64,000 bases of DNA, taken from Phoronis australis. Taxonomy: Eukaryota > Animalia > Phoronida. The stretch is taken from positions 124,001-188,000 of the forward strand of contig NMRA01000308.1 of NCBI GenBank assembly GCA_002633005.1, read 5' to 3'. The translations under genes were made by a program, and so were the position numbers. This document shows positions 12,801-24,288 of the stretch, one piece after another. A model generated the notes under the pieces. That model ran no database searches, was not told the DNA's origin, and saw only the letters and a program-made list of their open reading frames with translations. Positions within the stretch are counted from its first letter, which is position 1, and each line of letters begins with the position of its first letter.

Positions 12801-15800
12801 AAGATTACTGATCTGTAACTTAAATTGACTTTTCTGATGAAAATGGCCTTAGTTTGTGTTGATGTTAAGCAAAGGGTTAATTTTTTAAATTCTTGACGTG
12901 TATATGGTCCTCATGAGTGTTGTGATGAAGCACGGTGTTATGTGACTGTTGGGAGATGTTCTGAATTGCTTTTCTTTCATGTAGGAAGCAAGAGTGATAT
13001 TGTGCGGTTTTCTTATATAGAGTTGGTATTTGACTTTGAGAATAGAAATTCTTTTTAGATAGACAATGAATAGAATGAATCTAAGTGTAGTTGGGGTACA
13101 AAAACGTGTTCTTTTCCATGACATGAAACCAAGTGCTGTTGATTCATCTTTTCCACTTTTGCCTTTTGCCCTCCCAGCCTGAAGTCACTTGACCTGGTCA
13201 CCATGAAGAAACTGGACAGTAAGGTCAACATCATACCTGTCATCGCTAAGGCGGATACCATCACAAAAGGTGAACTACAAAAGTTCAAGATCAAGGTAGG
13301 CTATCCGTTCTTCTCATGCAAATGCCACTCTCCGTCATGTTGCTATTAGTAAGATTAAAAGGCATGTAACTGAGTTGTGTCATTGGCGGAGAGAGCTTGA
13401 CTGTGATAGTTGGCATTATGTGTTCAGCTTACTTCTTATTACTGTGCAAACTCATTACATTGGTGCACTCAATGATTAGTACTGCAGTCAAGTTTTGAGT
13501 CACTGTGCTCAAATTGTGAGCATCATGCTTGTCTTTTGAGTTGCCGAGCTTGTATTTTGTAAATTAAAGTTGGGTTTGGTTGAAAGTAGCACTTCATTGT
13601 GTGTTACAGTTATGAAGTAAGTAGCTGTCAACTTTTAAATATTTCATCAACCCCCCCACCTCCACCCTCACCNNNNNCCCCCCCCCCCCCCCCCCGCCAT
13701 ATCTGCTGCTGTAATTTGTGGTGAAAGTAAGGTGTCTTTAAAGGCGAAGGCAACCTTTTTTCATGTCATTTTTAGCAAAACTAAGGTTCGTTGATTGTCC
13801 CAGACATATTTTTCACTTATTTACTGCTTTTTGTAATTTAATTAATTACTCGTCGTCTACTCCAGAAGTGACGTTTTGGGAGGCAAGAATTTTGCGCCAA
13901 TTTCTTTTCATATAGTCTGACTGTGAGAGCAGTGGAGTCAGTCATTGTTCTACCTCGGTTGTGATAAGTTCGGTCGTCGTTTGCTTTTGCTTATGAGTCA
14001 GTCAACATGCCACGCTGTTGCTGCGAACTGGGGTGTACTCATTATTGTCTCACTTACAGAGGAAGAACTGTCCCACTTGCCCGAGTGTCCCTTAACACAT
14101 TCCCACTGGAGGGTGATCTGAGCACCCAAACTGCTTACATCCCGCCGTGTGACTCCCTCGCCACACTCCTGGCACCTTCCAAATAGCTCCAATACAAGTC
14201 CGCAATAAACTTATCAAACTCAGGCTCACCGATCTGTTTATTGGATGACAAACTGTCCTCTTCACTGGGTGTCGAACTGGGCCTGTATTCACTCCCACTA
14301 CTCAACATCTCTGCAGGGCTGCTTACAGGCTCTGGGCTAGAGACAACTGCTCAGTGCGAATCACTGCTAGTTCCCGGAATTGCATGTAATGAGGTACGTT
14401 CGGAGGCACGTGTGACAGTAGATGAAGTGCCTTCAGTCACTGTATATAGTGGCCACAGCTCGCAAGGCTTCTCGCTTCAAAAACACACTTCTCTGGGTTG
14501 GCGACGGGGCACTGCCGGGAATCAACAGCGATGGTATGGTACCCTTCTTCAGGCGTCATTGAATCGCAGGGACCTTCATCAATTCAGCATACATATCTGT
14601 CATAATCTGATGGCAGAAAATGCTTGCCACACACTCGGTAACCCTCCATTGCTTTGTATGTTGTGTGGACGGGTAGCGCTGCGTTCTTCACATGAACGAG
14701 CTAGCCAAGTACAGCGAAGTGTGTCATCCTTCGGAAAGCGCCGCAAGGTACCCAAAGCATGTGTGAGACAATAATGAGTACATCCCGGCACGCAGCAACA
14801 GCGTGGCATGTTGACTGACTTGTAAACTAAAGCAAACGACGACCGAACTTATCACAAACGAGGTAGAACAATGACTGACTCGACAGCTCTGACAGTCAGA
14901 CTATAAAGAAAAGAAATTGCCTCTCAAAACGTGACTTCCGGAGTAGAGGACGAGAAATTAATCAAATTACGAAAAGCTGTAATTAAGTGAATGTGTCTGG
15001 GATAATCAACGAACCTTATTTTTTGCTAAAAGTGACATGAAAAAAGGTTGCCTTCGCCTTTAAGTTGGTTGAATGAAGCTTCAAATTTGCTGTACGTGTA
15101 TTTGGCAGATTATGAGTGAGCTGGTGAGTAATGGGGTACAGATCTATCAGTTCCCTACTGATGATGAGACTGTGGCTGATCTCAACTCACAGATGAATGT
15201 AAGTACTTGACTCACATAGACACTCTCTTCACAGTAAATGATGCAATAAACGCCATGTAAATAATTAAAACCTGGTTAACGATGTGTGAGACGTTATTAC
15301 ATGTGGGTTTCATCTCACGATTACCAATATTAGCTGCAGGTAGTGATTTTAATATTTATCTTCATAGAATCTAAGGGGTTTGGTTATTAAAATATCAATA
15401 TCAATATCACTGTTTGTCAGTTTGGGATAGCTCACTGGCTGTATTAATGTTCGTAGTAAAATTGGCTCATTTAAAGTGAGGTTAGGCCAAAAAATATGTA
15501 ATTGAGTCTGGCCTGTCTCAGCGCACCTCAGCTGCATCAGGTGACACTTGCAAAAAGGTACGATCCCGAACCATTTCAGCTAGCATTGGGGCTTTATCTT
15601 TTTGAAAACAGACAACATCACTGCATCAGTTTTCAAAAAAAAAATGGGACAAAAACCAATTATGTTATTTTTTGACTGAATATGAAATTTGCTTGCCTGT
15701 TGTAAAATGAAATGTGCCAATGCATGTAACTTCACGTTTTGTATCTGTGTTTGATTATCTCCCCTGTTGCAGGGCCTGCTCCCATTTGCTGTGGTTGGAA

Positions 15801-18800
15801 GTAATGACGAAGTCAAGGTTGGCAACAAGATGGTTAAGGCTCGTCAGTACCCGTGGGGAACCGTGCAAGGTATGCTTGGAACTAGGTCATTCTTAATTTA
15901 TTTTGTAACTTTGTATTTGTTACTGATGTCTTAATGTTTCACTTCTGAAATCTTTTCTGCTGACATAATTTGGCTTGTGTGAAATTCAGAAACTTGTTTT
16001 ATTTTCCGGCCTGCCAAGACATCACATCAATGTAAGAAAATCATTGCTCTTGGACTGCCAAAACGTAGACCTGTTCATAAACTAGCAATGTGTTGTCTGC
16101 ACGTGTCATTAGTCGATATATAAATGTGCTAGTGGTGGTGGAAGAGAGTTATCAAGTGGTGCAGCAGACATTACTTGTGACTTGAATACAACAAAGTGTA
16201 CTCCGTGACATTACTTGTGACCCGAGTACAACAAAGTGTACTCTGTGACATTAGTTGTGACCCGAATACAACAAAGTGTAGAATCGTGGTGTCGTATTAT
16301 TTTACCGCCTGCTCAGCCTGTAGTTAAGACATCACAAAACTTGATTTGATACTTTGTCCACGGATATCTAAGAATAATGGGATGTAACTGTGGCATAGCT
16401 GGGCAGTGGTGATCAGTTTTACGTGTCTATTTGCAGTACACAACAAAAGTCTTACACTACACAATCCCTACTACTCTGTGTTACCAGATTCTTCAACAGA
16501 AATTAGTTTCTTTATGTCGAACTATCATAATTGTCATTGTTGTCCTGTCTTCTGCTATTGCTTTCCTCAGAGTCTCATTACTCCTATTTATGTTTCTCAC
16601 TCTGTGTATTCCAGTTGAGAATGAGAATCACTGCGACTTTGTGAAGCTGCGTGAGATGTTGCTGCGCACCAACATGCAGGACTTGGTGGAACAGTTGCAC
16701 TCACGACACTACGAGCTGTACCGACGTTGCAAGCTGACAGAGATGGGCTTCTCAGACAGTGAAAACCAAAGGTCAGTCGAGTAGCAAGTGTCTTCACCCC
16801 CCTCTTTCTTTTGTGCGGTTTCCTCTTTAGCCCCCCCCCCCTCCACCCTATTTTGTTCATGTGCTTTATTGCAAGCTCATAGACCAGGATTACCATTTCC
16901 CTGTCCTCATCGCAGTCCTCATTAGTTCTCCCCACCTCTCTACTGTGCATCACAGCTGTCATCGTAATGTTCATTGTTGTTTTGTACTTGATCTTAGATT
17001 CATTGTTTTGCTCTATAAATTACTTTGTCAATTTGAAAATGTATGATCTGCTGTATTTTCAGACTATGTATTTTGTACTGGCATCATCTTTGTGCTTTTT
17101 AAATTCAGCTTCCAACAGTCGTTTGAGCAGAAGCGCAATCAACATCTGGCTGATCTTCAACGCAAGGAGGAAGAAATGAGGCAAATGTTTGTTGTGCGTG
17201 TCAAAGAGAAGGAGGCAGAACTCAAGGAAGCTGAGAAGGAAGTGAGTGGACCTGTGGGATACCTTTTAAGGGGTGAACTGAGTTGTATCTTTGCCTTTAG
17301 TCGATTAAAATATTAGAACAAGAGGTCAGGTTTCCACCATGTTCTAGATGAAACAAATTGAGTTATTGTTGGTGAGAAAATAGGCATCAGCTTCGATCTA
17401 AATGATCTCGTCCAGCTGTGACAGGGCAATGTCTTGGAAGGTTGTACACATATCTGAACCCTCTTGTTACAGGTGCATTGAAGGTTCTGACAATGTACAT
17501 GGTTTGGTAGTATAACCAGCAATGTTTTGTTTATCGTGTGGCGCATTGATTGAAAAAGTTTGTGAATTCTAGAAGTCAATCTGCCTTGCAATGTGCCGGT
17601 TTTGTAATGTGGAGTTGTTTATAGCTTTGCATTCCGCAAACTTTTGAACTAACTCCACTGTGTACAAGGTGACAGGAGAATAACGACCTTCAATTGCAAC
17701 AAACCTTTTTGAAAAGTCCTGAGAGATTCTGTGTATCACAGTTGGACTACTTCTCAACTCCTTTCAATGTTACATTCTGTGTATCACAGTTGGACTACTT
17801 CTCAACTCCTTTCAATGTTACATTCTGTGTATAACAGTTGGACTACTTCCCAACTCCTTTCAGTGCTACATTCAGTGTATCACAGTTGGACTACTTCCCA
17901 ACTCCTTTCAATGTTACATTCTGTGTATGAAAGTTGGACTACTTCCCAACTCCTTTCAATGTTATATTCTGTGTATCACAGTTGGACTACTTCTCAACTC
18001 CTTTCAATGTTACATTCAGTGTATCACAGTTGGACTACTTCTCAACTCCTTTCAATGTTACATTCTGTGTGTCACAGTTGGACTACTTCTCAACTCCTTT
18101 CAATGTTACATTCTGTGTATGAAAGTTGGACTACTTCCCAACTCCTTTGAATGTTATATTCTGTGTATCACAGTTGGACTACTTTTCAACTCCTTTCAAT
18201 GTTACATTCTGTGAATCACAGTTGGACTACTTCTCAACTCCTTTCAATGTTACATTCAGTGTATCACAGTTGGACTACTTTTCAACTCCTTTCAATGTTA
18301 CATTCTGTGAATCACAGTTGGACTACTTCTCAACTCCTTTCAATGTTACATTCAGTGTATCACAGTTGGACTACTTCTCAACTCCTTTCAATGTTACATT
18401 CTGTGTATCGCAGTTGGACTACTTCCCAACTTCTTTCAATGTTACATTCTGTGTATCGCAGTTGGACTACTTCCCAACTCCTTTCAATGTTACCTTCTGT
18501 GTATCACAGTTCGACTACTTCTCAACTCCTTTCAGTGCTACCCGTTATGGAAAACTAATGTCCGACGTTAATTTTTTCCTAATGGTTGGGAAAAAAATAA
18601 AAAATTTGTTATCTTGCAGCTCCACGCCAAGTTTGACAGCTTGAAACGTCAACACGCCGATGAAAAGAAGAAAATGGAGGACAAAAAACGTCAGCTGGAC
18701 GACGATATGTCGCTGTTCCAGAAACGCAAAATGTCCACCATTCAATCGCAGCAACAAGCCCAGCAAGCAGCTACCATGGGCAAACATGGCAAGAAGAAGT

Positions 18801-18802
18801 AG
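767..18802 (+). CDS. Septin, SEPT6 group (SEPT6/8/10/11-like); 9 exons, 5' end outside window
   Basis: Exons 767-875, 3360-3473, 12360-12582, 13178-13295, 15109-15198, 15773-15869, 16615-16771, 17109-17241, 18620-18802 join in frame with GT-AG sites. Motifs: [14 protein letters not shown]1 [10 protein letters not shown]3 DSVGFG, G4 AKAD, septin unique element [15 protein letters not shown], and a C-terminal coiled coil ending HGKKK*. Confidence 0.95.
1437..3006. mobile_element. PIF/Harbinger-like non-autonomous element with an internal dispersed repeat
   Basis: Imperfect TIRs GGGCTGTTCTAGCAAAA / TTTTGCTGGAATAGCCC, flanked by TAA on both sides. Confidence 0.6.
3360..3473 (+). CDS. Septin exon with P-loop ([17 protein letters not shown]...)
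   Basis: ccccag acceptor, gtagg donor, phase 1-1. Confidence 0.93.
3851..4306 (-). mobile_element. Same HINE-like family, 3' part in reverse orientation
   Basis: Reverse complement of about 50960-51250; interrupted by the hAT element at 4307. Confidence 0.6.
4915..5690. mobile_element. Tc1/pogo-like MITE spanning the N gap
   Basis: TIR CCGTAATCGTTCGGGTTAACGCCC, TA on both flanks, repeated TTAACCGCCC subterminal motifs. Confidence 0.8.
5301..5571. other. Assembly gap (N run)
   Basis: 271 N. Confidence 1.
5756..6222. mobile_element. hAT-type MITE, copy 2
   Basis: Same TIRs and body as 197-640; degenerate 8-bp TSD CCGCCCAG/CCGCTGAG. Confidence 0.85.
6767..8144. mobile_element. pogo-like non-autonomous element with a HIRAN-like remnant
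   Basis: TIR CCGTATTCACCGTAATAACCGCCCA with TA TSD; internal homology to 62740-63580. Confidence 0.8.
11971..12344. repeat. Minisatellite, 45-47-bp unit, about 8 copies
   Basis: CCAATAAATAACTGTGTAGATACTCTCAGTATGTGATATGCCACTGT. Confidence 0.95.
12360..12582 (+). CDS. Septin exon ([22 protein letters not shown]...YFITPTGHS)
   Basis: Overlaps ORF 12398-12586; cacag/gtgag sites. Confidence 0.95.
13178..13295 (+). CDS. Septin exon ([39 protein letters not shown])
   Basis: G4 AKAD motif; cccag/gtagg sites. Confidence 0.95.
13742..15059 (-). mobile_element. Kolobok-type element with about 300-bp TIRs and frameshifted THAP/transposase remnant
   Basis: TTAA TSD (13738-41, 15060-63); AGG...CCT termini; TIRs 13742-14053 and 14763-15059. 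THAP pieces [28 protein letters not shown]; CxxC..C..GH..W.S segment at 13998-14192. Confidence 0.88.
15109..15198 (+). CDS. Septin exon ([30 protein letters not shown])
   Basis: SEPT6-group signature; ggcag/gtaag sites. Confidence 0.95.
15773..15869 (+). CDS. Septin exon ([32 protein letters not shown])
   Basis: Septin unique element; tgcag/gtatg sites. Confidence 0.95.
16167..16280. repeat. Tandem repeat, about 39 bp x3
   Basis: GACATTACTTGTGACCCGAATACAACAAAGTGTA. Confidence 0.85.
16615..16771 (+). CDS. Septin exon ([24 protein letters not shown]...)
   Basis: Within ORF 16431-16784; tccag/gtcag sites. Confidence 0.93.
17109..17241 (+). CDS. Septin coiled-coil exon (FQQSFEQKR...EAEKE)
   Basis: [26 protein letters not shown] motif; ttcag/gtgag sites. 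Confidence 0.93.
17726..18537. repeat. Minisatellite, 48-bp unit, about 17 copies
   Basis: ATTCTGTGTATCACAGTTGGACTACTTCTCAACTCCTTTCAATGTTAC. Confidence 0.97.
18620..18802 (+). CDS. Septin last coding exon ([10 protein letters not shown]...GKHGKKK*)
   Basis: tgcag acceptor, in-frame TAG. Confidence 0.9.
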   Translation, partial: LHAKFDSLKRQHADEKKKMEDKKRQLDDDMSLFQKRKMSTIQSQQQAQQAATMGKHGKKK

Positions 18803-20740
18803 ACGTCAGCCAATTTGTTTTAGGCTTCATTTTAATGGCATCCTATTCAATAATCGCATTTTTATAATTTCATAGTGTGCATGTTGATATCTGTCTGCTG
18901 AGTTATGGGAGTGATAGAAAACTCTAAATCAGGAGTCTGTTTCATGGATGGTTGTGTACTCAATCATACCTTAGAATTGGACGCCCGTCACTGTAATCAT
19001 GATTAGATATCTTCATTGAATGAATGAGAATTTTTGAGGGATTAGTAAAATTCGCAGCAAAGTGTCTACCAAGAAGCTAAATTTAATCACTGATTACAGG
19101 GTGCTGAACTAATATAGATGTAACAGACTCCTGGTGTCTGGACATATCGAGTTTGTGTATTTTCTTGAAGGGAACACAGTGTGCTGAGGTTGTGATCTTG
19201 AATGGTAACGTGTTCAGTTTATTCCTCCTGTTCTCTGAACATGCAGATGACAGGATTAGATGCGTGGGCCAATCTTTGCTTAAGGTGCCGTGTAGTTGAC
19301 ACTTTGTGGTCTTTTCTCACATTTTGAAGGAACCTACTGGTGACAACTATTCAATACCAAAGTTAACATGAGAGTACATGGATGAACAACGGATTGGTCA
19401 TTTCCTTGTTGCAGTACAGTAATCAGTTACATCTATTTATTTATTAGTTGATTGTAAATTGTTGTCATGTAGCTGTTAGTTGCTTTTGAATGCAAGCTTA
19501 ATAACAAAGGGATATTTAAAAACACCTGTTTGGTATTAACTTAGTGCTGTAATAAGAGTATGCAATGTGAATAATGTTGGTGAAGTGGTTGGAGAAATGA
19601 TCTGATTGGAGTAGATTAGATTTATGCAATTTATGTAAGCCAATGACGGGTGTTGTTACCTGCAAATATGAACAAGTAGTTTTATGCAGCAGATCTAGAA
19701 TATATCGCGTCTGAACAATTCATCTTGTAAAATTGGGATGTAAGAACTTCCAAAATGAATTTAAAACGCAAGTTTTTAATTGAAGATGGCTCTGTTTGTA
19801 TTTTTAATTGCATAGCACATCTCTTCCAATAGTTCAAAGTTGCAGTAGACGTCACAGTATTTTGTTTGTCTTTACAGAACATTTTATCTGAAGTCTTGTT
19901 GTCAGGTTACCAGAGGGCTCTTTTAAGAATGCCCAATTTTCGGTTGTGGTTTAACATAAAAAACCCTGGGACTTCTTTCAGTGTTGTTAACTGCAATGCC
20001 CTCTTCAGGCATCTACTTGAAATGCCTGCTAGGATTCACTTTGACATCAGTTTAGCAACTCAAAGGAAAATCCAGTGACAAATCTGATTAACTTGAAATA
20101 TACGATCTTTTTTTAGGACGTAAATTGAACAGTTAATGTCACCGTAGTCTCATTTTCCACACAAGCACCCCGTGCTCCCTGAAACCATCCTGAATTACCC
20201 ACATGGGCTTTTTGGAACCTTGTTTCGGTAGTGGTGGCTTTCTTGGTGAAGACCCTTTCAGAAATTTCTGTTATATAATAATTGACCCTCAGGATGACCT
20301 GTTCAATTGCAACGTGACTAGGTTACATGCAACACTAGCTATAGTCCTCAAACTGTCAAGTCTCCATTGTTATAACAAGTGCCAAAATTTACCATTTCAG
20401 GTAGAATACTCTCCATGTTTGCACCATTAAGTTCACATATTTTGTAATTTGTGTGGCATCTCACTTTGACGTAATCTGTGCCAGGCCATTTAGTTAATAT
20501 TGGAGTATAACACTTATAGTCAGTGTTAGATAGCATGTATATTGTGTAGACTAGAAAATGTCAGTTTTTGTAGCAAGCTTTTTATACAGTAAAACAACTA
20601 ATGAAATACGACTCGTTATGTGGTGCTTTGATTAGGCCTGGTGTTGATAACTCTACTTAAGTGTTCATTTCCCCATTATATATTTAGTTGTTGATAATTT
20701 TCCACTCTATTAATTCATTTTCAAAAGGTCACCTCATAAT

Positions 20741-21923
20741 TAAGAAGAGCAACACAGAGCGATGAAATGCGCCCGCACTTCTAAGGTGTTTTAGTGTCAC
20801 AAAAATGGGCAATAGATGGCATAGAGTGCGTCAAACCCATAGACATCATTATGACGTCTATGGTCAAACCCATTTGAATTGAAGGGGTGCCGTCTCTGTA
20901 ATACGCAACTATTTGCCCAATTTCATGAAAATAAGCCAATTGAAAAAAACAACACTAGGGGGCACAGCTATAGTCTGATTGGTCGAAAATTATCCGTCAT
21001 TTGTTGCCATAGGAGTGCATCTGCCAAATTTCGCAGATCCTTCAAAGGGTTAAGAAGATGCAGTCGTAGGTGCAGTCAGCATAGTCGGAAACGTAGGAAA
21101 ATCAACTTCAGCCGGGGTCTTCTCATCAGGAACACAACTGTCGATTTTTATAATGATCCATGGAGTGGTTTGGCAGATAGACATACAAATATCAAAAGCA
21201 TAATGTTTTAAATGGCCACTAGGTGGTGCAGAAAACATCAAATCTGTCCAAAATGAAAGGCCCTTTTGTCTCCTTTATGGAAACGTGTTTGCTGAATTTA
21301 ATGAACTCCGAAGATACAGACTATTGAAGGTAAACATAAAAAACATTTTGCCACGAGAGGGCTCAGTAGAATTTGGATCAGTTCGACACTCGTTACCGTT
21401 TTGTTGTCTGTTCCATAGGAATTCATCTTTCAAATATCGCAAAGCACCTTCAAAAAATTGAGGAGACTCAGCCACAGACGCAAAAAAAAACAAAATCACC
21501 ACTATGGGGCAACACTGTAGTCGGACTTGTCTGAAAGTCAATGTTAATTGTAGCCTCATCAGGAACACACCTTAAATTTTCATAACGATCCTTTGAGCAG
21601 TATGGCAGATAGAAAACGGGTGCAAAAATGGCCACAAAGTGGTGTAAAATCCGTCCAAAAATGTAATGGTGTCCTAACATCCTTACTAAAACCTATGGCC
21701 AAATTTCACAAAAATTCATCGAAGAATTCCGAAGACAATGAAACTGCCTCTTGGGGGCACAGCAGTGCTCAGATTGGTTCGAAACTTGTCATTTATTGTC
21801 AGCCGCATAGGAACACTGCCAAATTTCAATAAGATCCTGCAAGGGGTTTAGGAAATAGAGCTGCGGGTAGAGAGAGATGACAACAATATGCACCCACGTA
21901 TAAATATGTGGGTGCGTAAAAAG
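20741..21923 (+). mobile_element. Helentron/HINE-like dispersed repeat with internal degenerate tandem units
   Basis: 5' GATGAAATGCGCCC, 3' hairpin ATGCACCCAC..GTGGGTGCGT followed by AAAAA; homologous to 52307-53963. Confidence 0.6.
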
Positions 21924-22956
21924 CAACCGTTTTAGTATACTTTCAAAAATATTCCCACAAACTGCTACCAAGACCAAATAACTAGCAAAATAAATATATT
22001 TGATAAAAGAACAGCAAGTCCAAATTTAAGCAGTTAATTCAGTTTAACTTCTGCCAATTTCTCTAGAAGGATGCCACTCCACCTAAAGTCTGAACGCTTA
22101 CTTACACCGGTACAAAACTTATAACCAGACCAGGTATGGGTGTTAGTTTGTTAAGGCTCTCTTAATAAAGTAGACATTTTAGTTAAATTGGACTCCGACG
22201 CTTGTCTCAACTTCCAAATTTCTAACTGAGGTTTATGAAATGTTACATTAATCGAGAAAGGTGTTTTTACAAAGTGTATGGAAATATATTGCATAAGTGA
22301 AAATGTTTTATTTGGAAGTGGCAGCTAAAAAAGTGATGAACTTTATGTGATAACTAAGAGCAAAGTAGGGAAAAGAAAGACAAACACCATGAATACGTCA
22401 AAGTACCACACCACTACTACATCTCCTGCCACATCTTTTCCTGGGCCTTCCTTGGGAAACGAAGAAAAGCTGGGTGCTGAAGAGAGACGACGTTGACCTG
22501 ACTTGAGCCAAGGCATGTGCTCTCATGAATCATTACTTCGTGCCAGATTGCACTCTACATTAGAGTAAATTTTCAAGTTCATTTAGTGAAAAGTATTGGT
22601 TAAGATCTTTACTTTTATTTACATTTTATTTTAGGCATACTATCAACTTTTTCCGAGAATAAGCCACTGGTTATACTGCAAGCTGAAGATGCAAGTTTTG
22701 GAGAATTTACAAGCCAAAATCCTGAAAATAGCCTCATGCCATTGTTCTAATCCAGACCACCGTTTAATTACAATGCTATCAGTCCTATTAGTCAGATGAA
22801 GTCCTAATACAGTTTTACTTCTTCAATTTAGGACAAACATAATTGCTAAAATCACCATTTCCTAATTTTTAAATCTTGGCAATTTTACCAAAAGCTCCTT
22901 TGTGACATCTTTACCCACACCTACTGTACTGACTACACAGTAACAAGTTACTTTAC

Positions 22957-23110
22957 CCCCTGTCTGGCATGCCTTGCCCCAAACTGAATGATACACCACC
23001 TGTCTGGCATGCCTTGCCCCAAACTGAATGATACACCCCGTCTAGCATGCCTTGCACCAAACTGAATGATACACCACCTGTCTGGCAAGCCTTGCACCAA
23101 ACTGAATGAT
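22957..23110. repeat. Tandem repeat, about 41 bp x4
   Basis: CCTGTCTGGCATGCCTTGCCCCAAACTGAATGATACAC. Confidence 0.9.
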
Positions 23111-23727
23111 TTTTACTGTATTTACTGACCAGAAATTTGCATTAACAATGAATTTCAATTTTTGCAAATATCATCGCGTGTAAAAGATATTCAAAATAAT
23201 TTTATTATAAACGATGTTCACAACTTGTAGTCCCAATAAAATTTACCTCTTCATGTCAAAAATGGAAATTAAAAATGAACGGAAGTCTATAATAAAGAAT
23301 TTAATATAAAAGCACAGAAAAAATTGAAACATTGAAATTCTTGAAAGCCTAAAATGAGCAATAAAAAACAACTTTTAAATTAATACTGCAACAAATTTTA
23401 AAAACTCAATGAACGGGATTTATTGACAATGCACTCAAGCATAGCTTTGAATCAGATGTGATTTTTCAAGATTTATCAACGCACTCGACATATTTTTCTA
23501 ACATGAAATCGAAGTCAGTCAGTACTCAATGCAGTCCCCTAAGTAATGATTATAGCCGGGTGTTGAATTTTACATCGTGTACATTTGATTTACAAAGCAA
23601 TGTTGAGTGAACGCTCATCATATCACACATTAAAGTGCAAGATTCACACATTACAATAAATAGGAACCTCTCATGCTCCTAGTAACTTCACGCCTGATAT
23701 ATTGAAATGCTGTAGTGCTTATATTTG

Positions 23728-24040
23728 TCTTCAGCAGAATGCTATTGGTTTTGATGACACAAGTACCTTCAGCAGAATGCTATTGGTTTTGATGACACAA
23801 GTACCTTCAACGGAATGCTATTGGTTTTGATGACACAAGTACCTTCAACAGAATGCTATTGGTTTTGATGACAAAAGTACCTTCAACAGAATGCTATTGG
23901 TTTTGATGACAAAAGTACCTTCAACAGAATGCTATTGGTTTTGATGACACACGTACCTTCAGCAGAATGCTATTGGTTTTGATGACAAACGTACCTTCAG
24001 CAGAATGCTATTGGTTTTGATGAAACATGTACTTCCAACA
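23728..24040. repeat. Minisatellite, 38-bp unit, about 8 copies, in the presumed N4BP2 3'UTR
   Basis: CTTCAGCAGAATGCTATTGGTTTTGATGACACAAGTAC. Confidence 0.95.
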
Positions 24041-24245
24041 ATGTTAGAATAGTCCACCAGCCAAATTCTTACATTTGTCATTTGTGACAACATTCAATGG
24101 TATAAAATGTCCTGCATGACAGATTGCCGTTGCAGCAACTGAAAGCTCTAGCTGTCTTGACTTTTGCACACTCTTGGTTCTTAATTGGAGCCAAAGGTTC
24201 CAGGAGACTGTTCGTAGCCACAGGAAAATTGCGTTCATCTGACTC

Positions 24246-24288
24246 TCAGAAATGTACTTTGACTACTCCTGGACCTGGGTGGGTGAAT
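24246..24288 (-). CDS. N4BP2: N4BP2 last exon ([13 protein letters not shown])
   Basis: gccag acceptor; PG..KV motif ending the Smr domain. Confidence 0.88.

Noticed and set aside
14241-14774. 177-aa + strand ORF
   Set aside because: Antisense to the THAP/transposase remnant; no recognisable motifs.
17731-18644. Long repetitive ORFs ([16 protein letters not shown])n
   Set aside because: Produced by a 48-bp intronic minisatellite that is open in several frames; septin splicing skips it.
11971-24040. Regularly spaced repeats resembling CRISPR arrays
   Set aside because: Units are head-to-tail with no unique spacers, the context is eukaryotic, and there are no cas genes.
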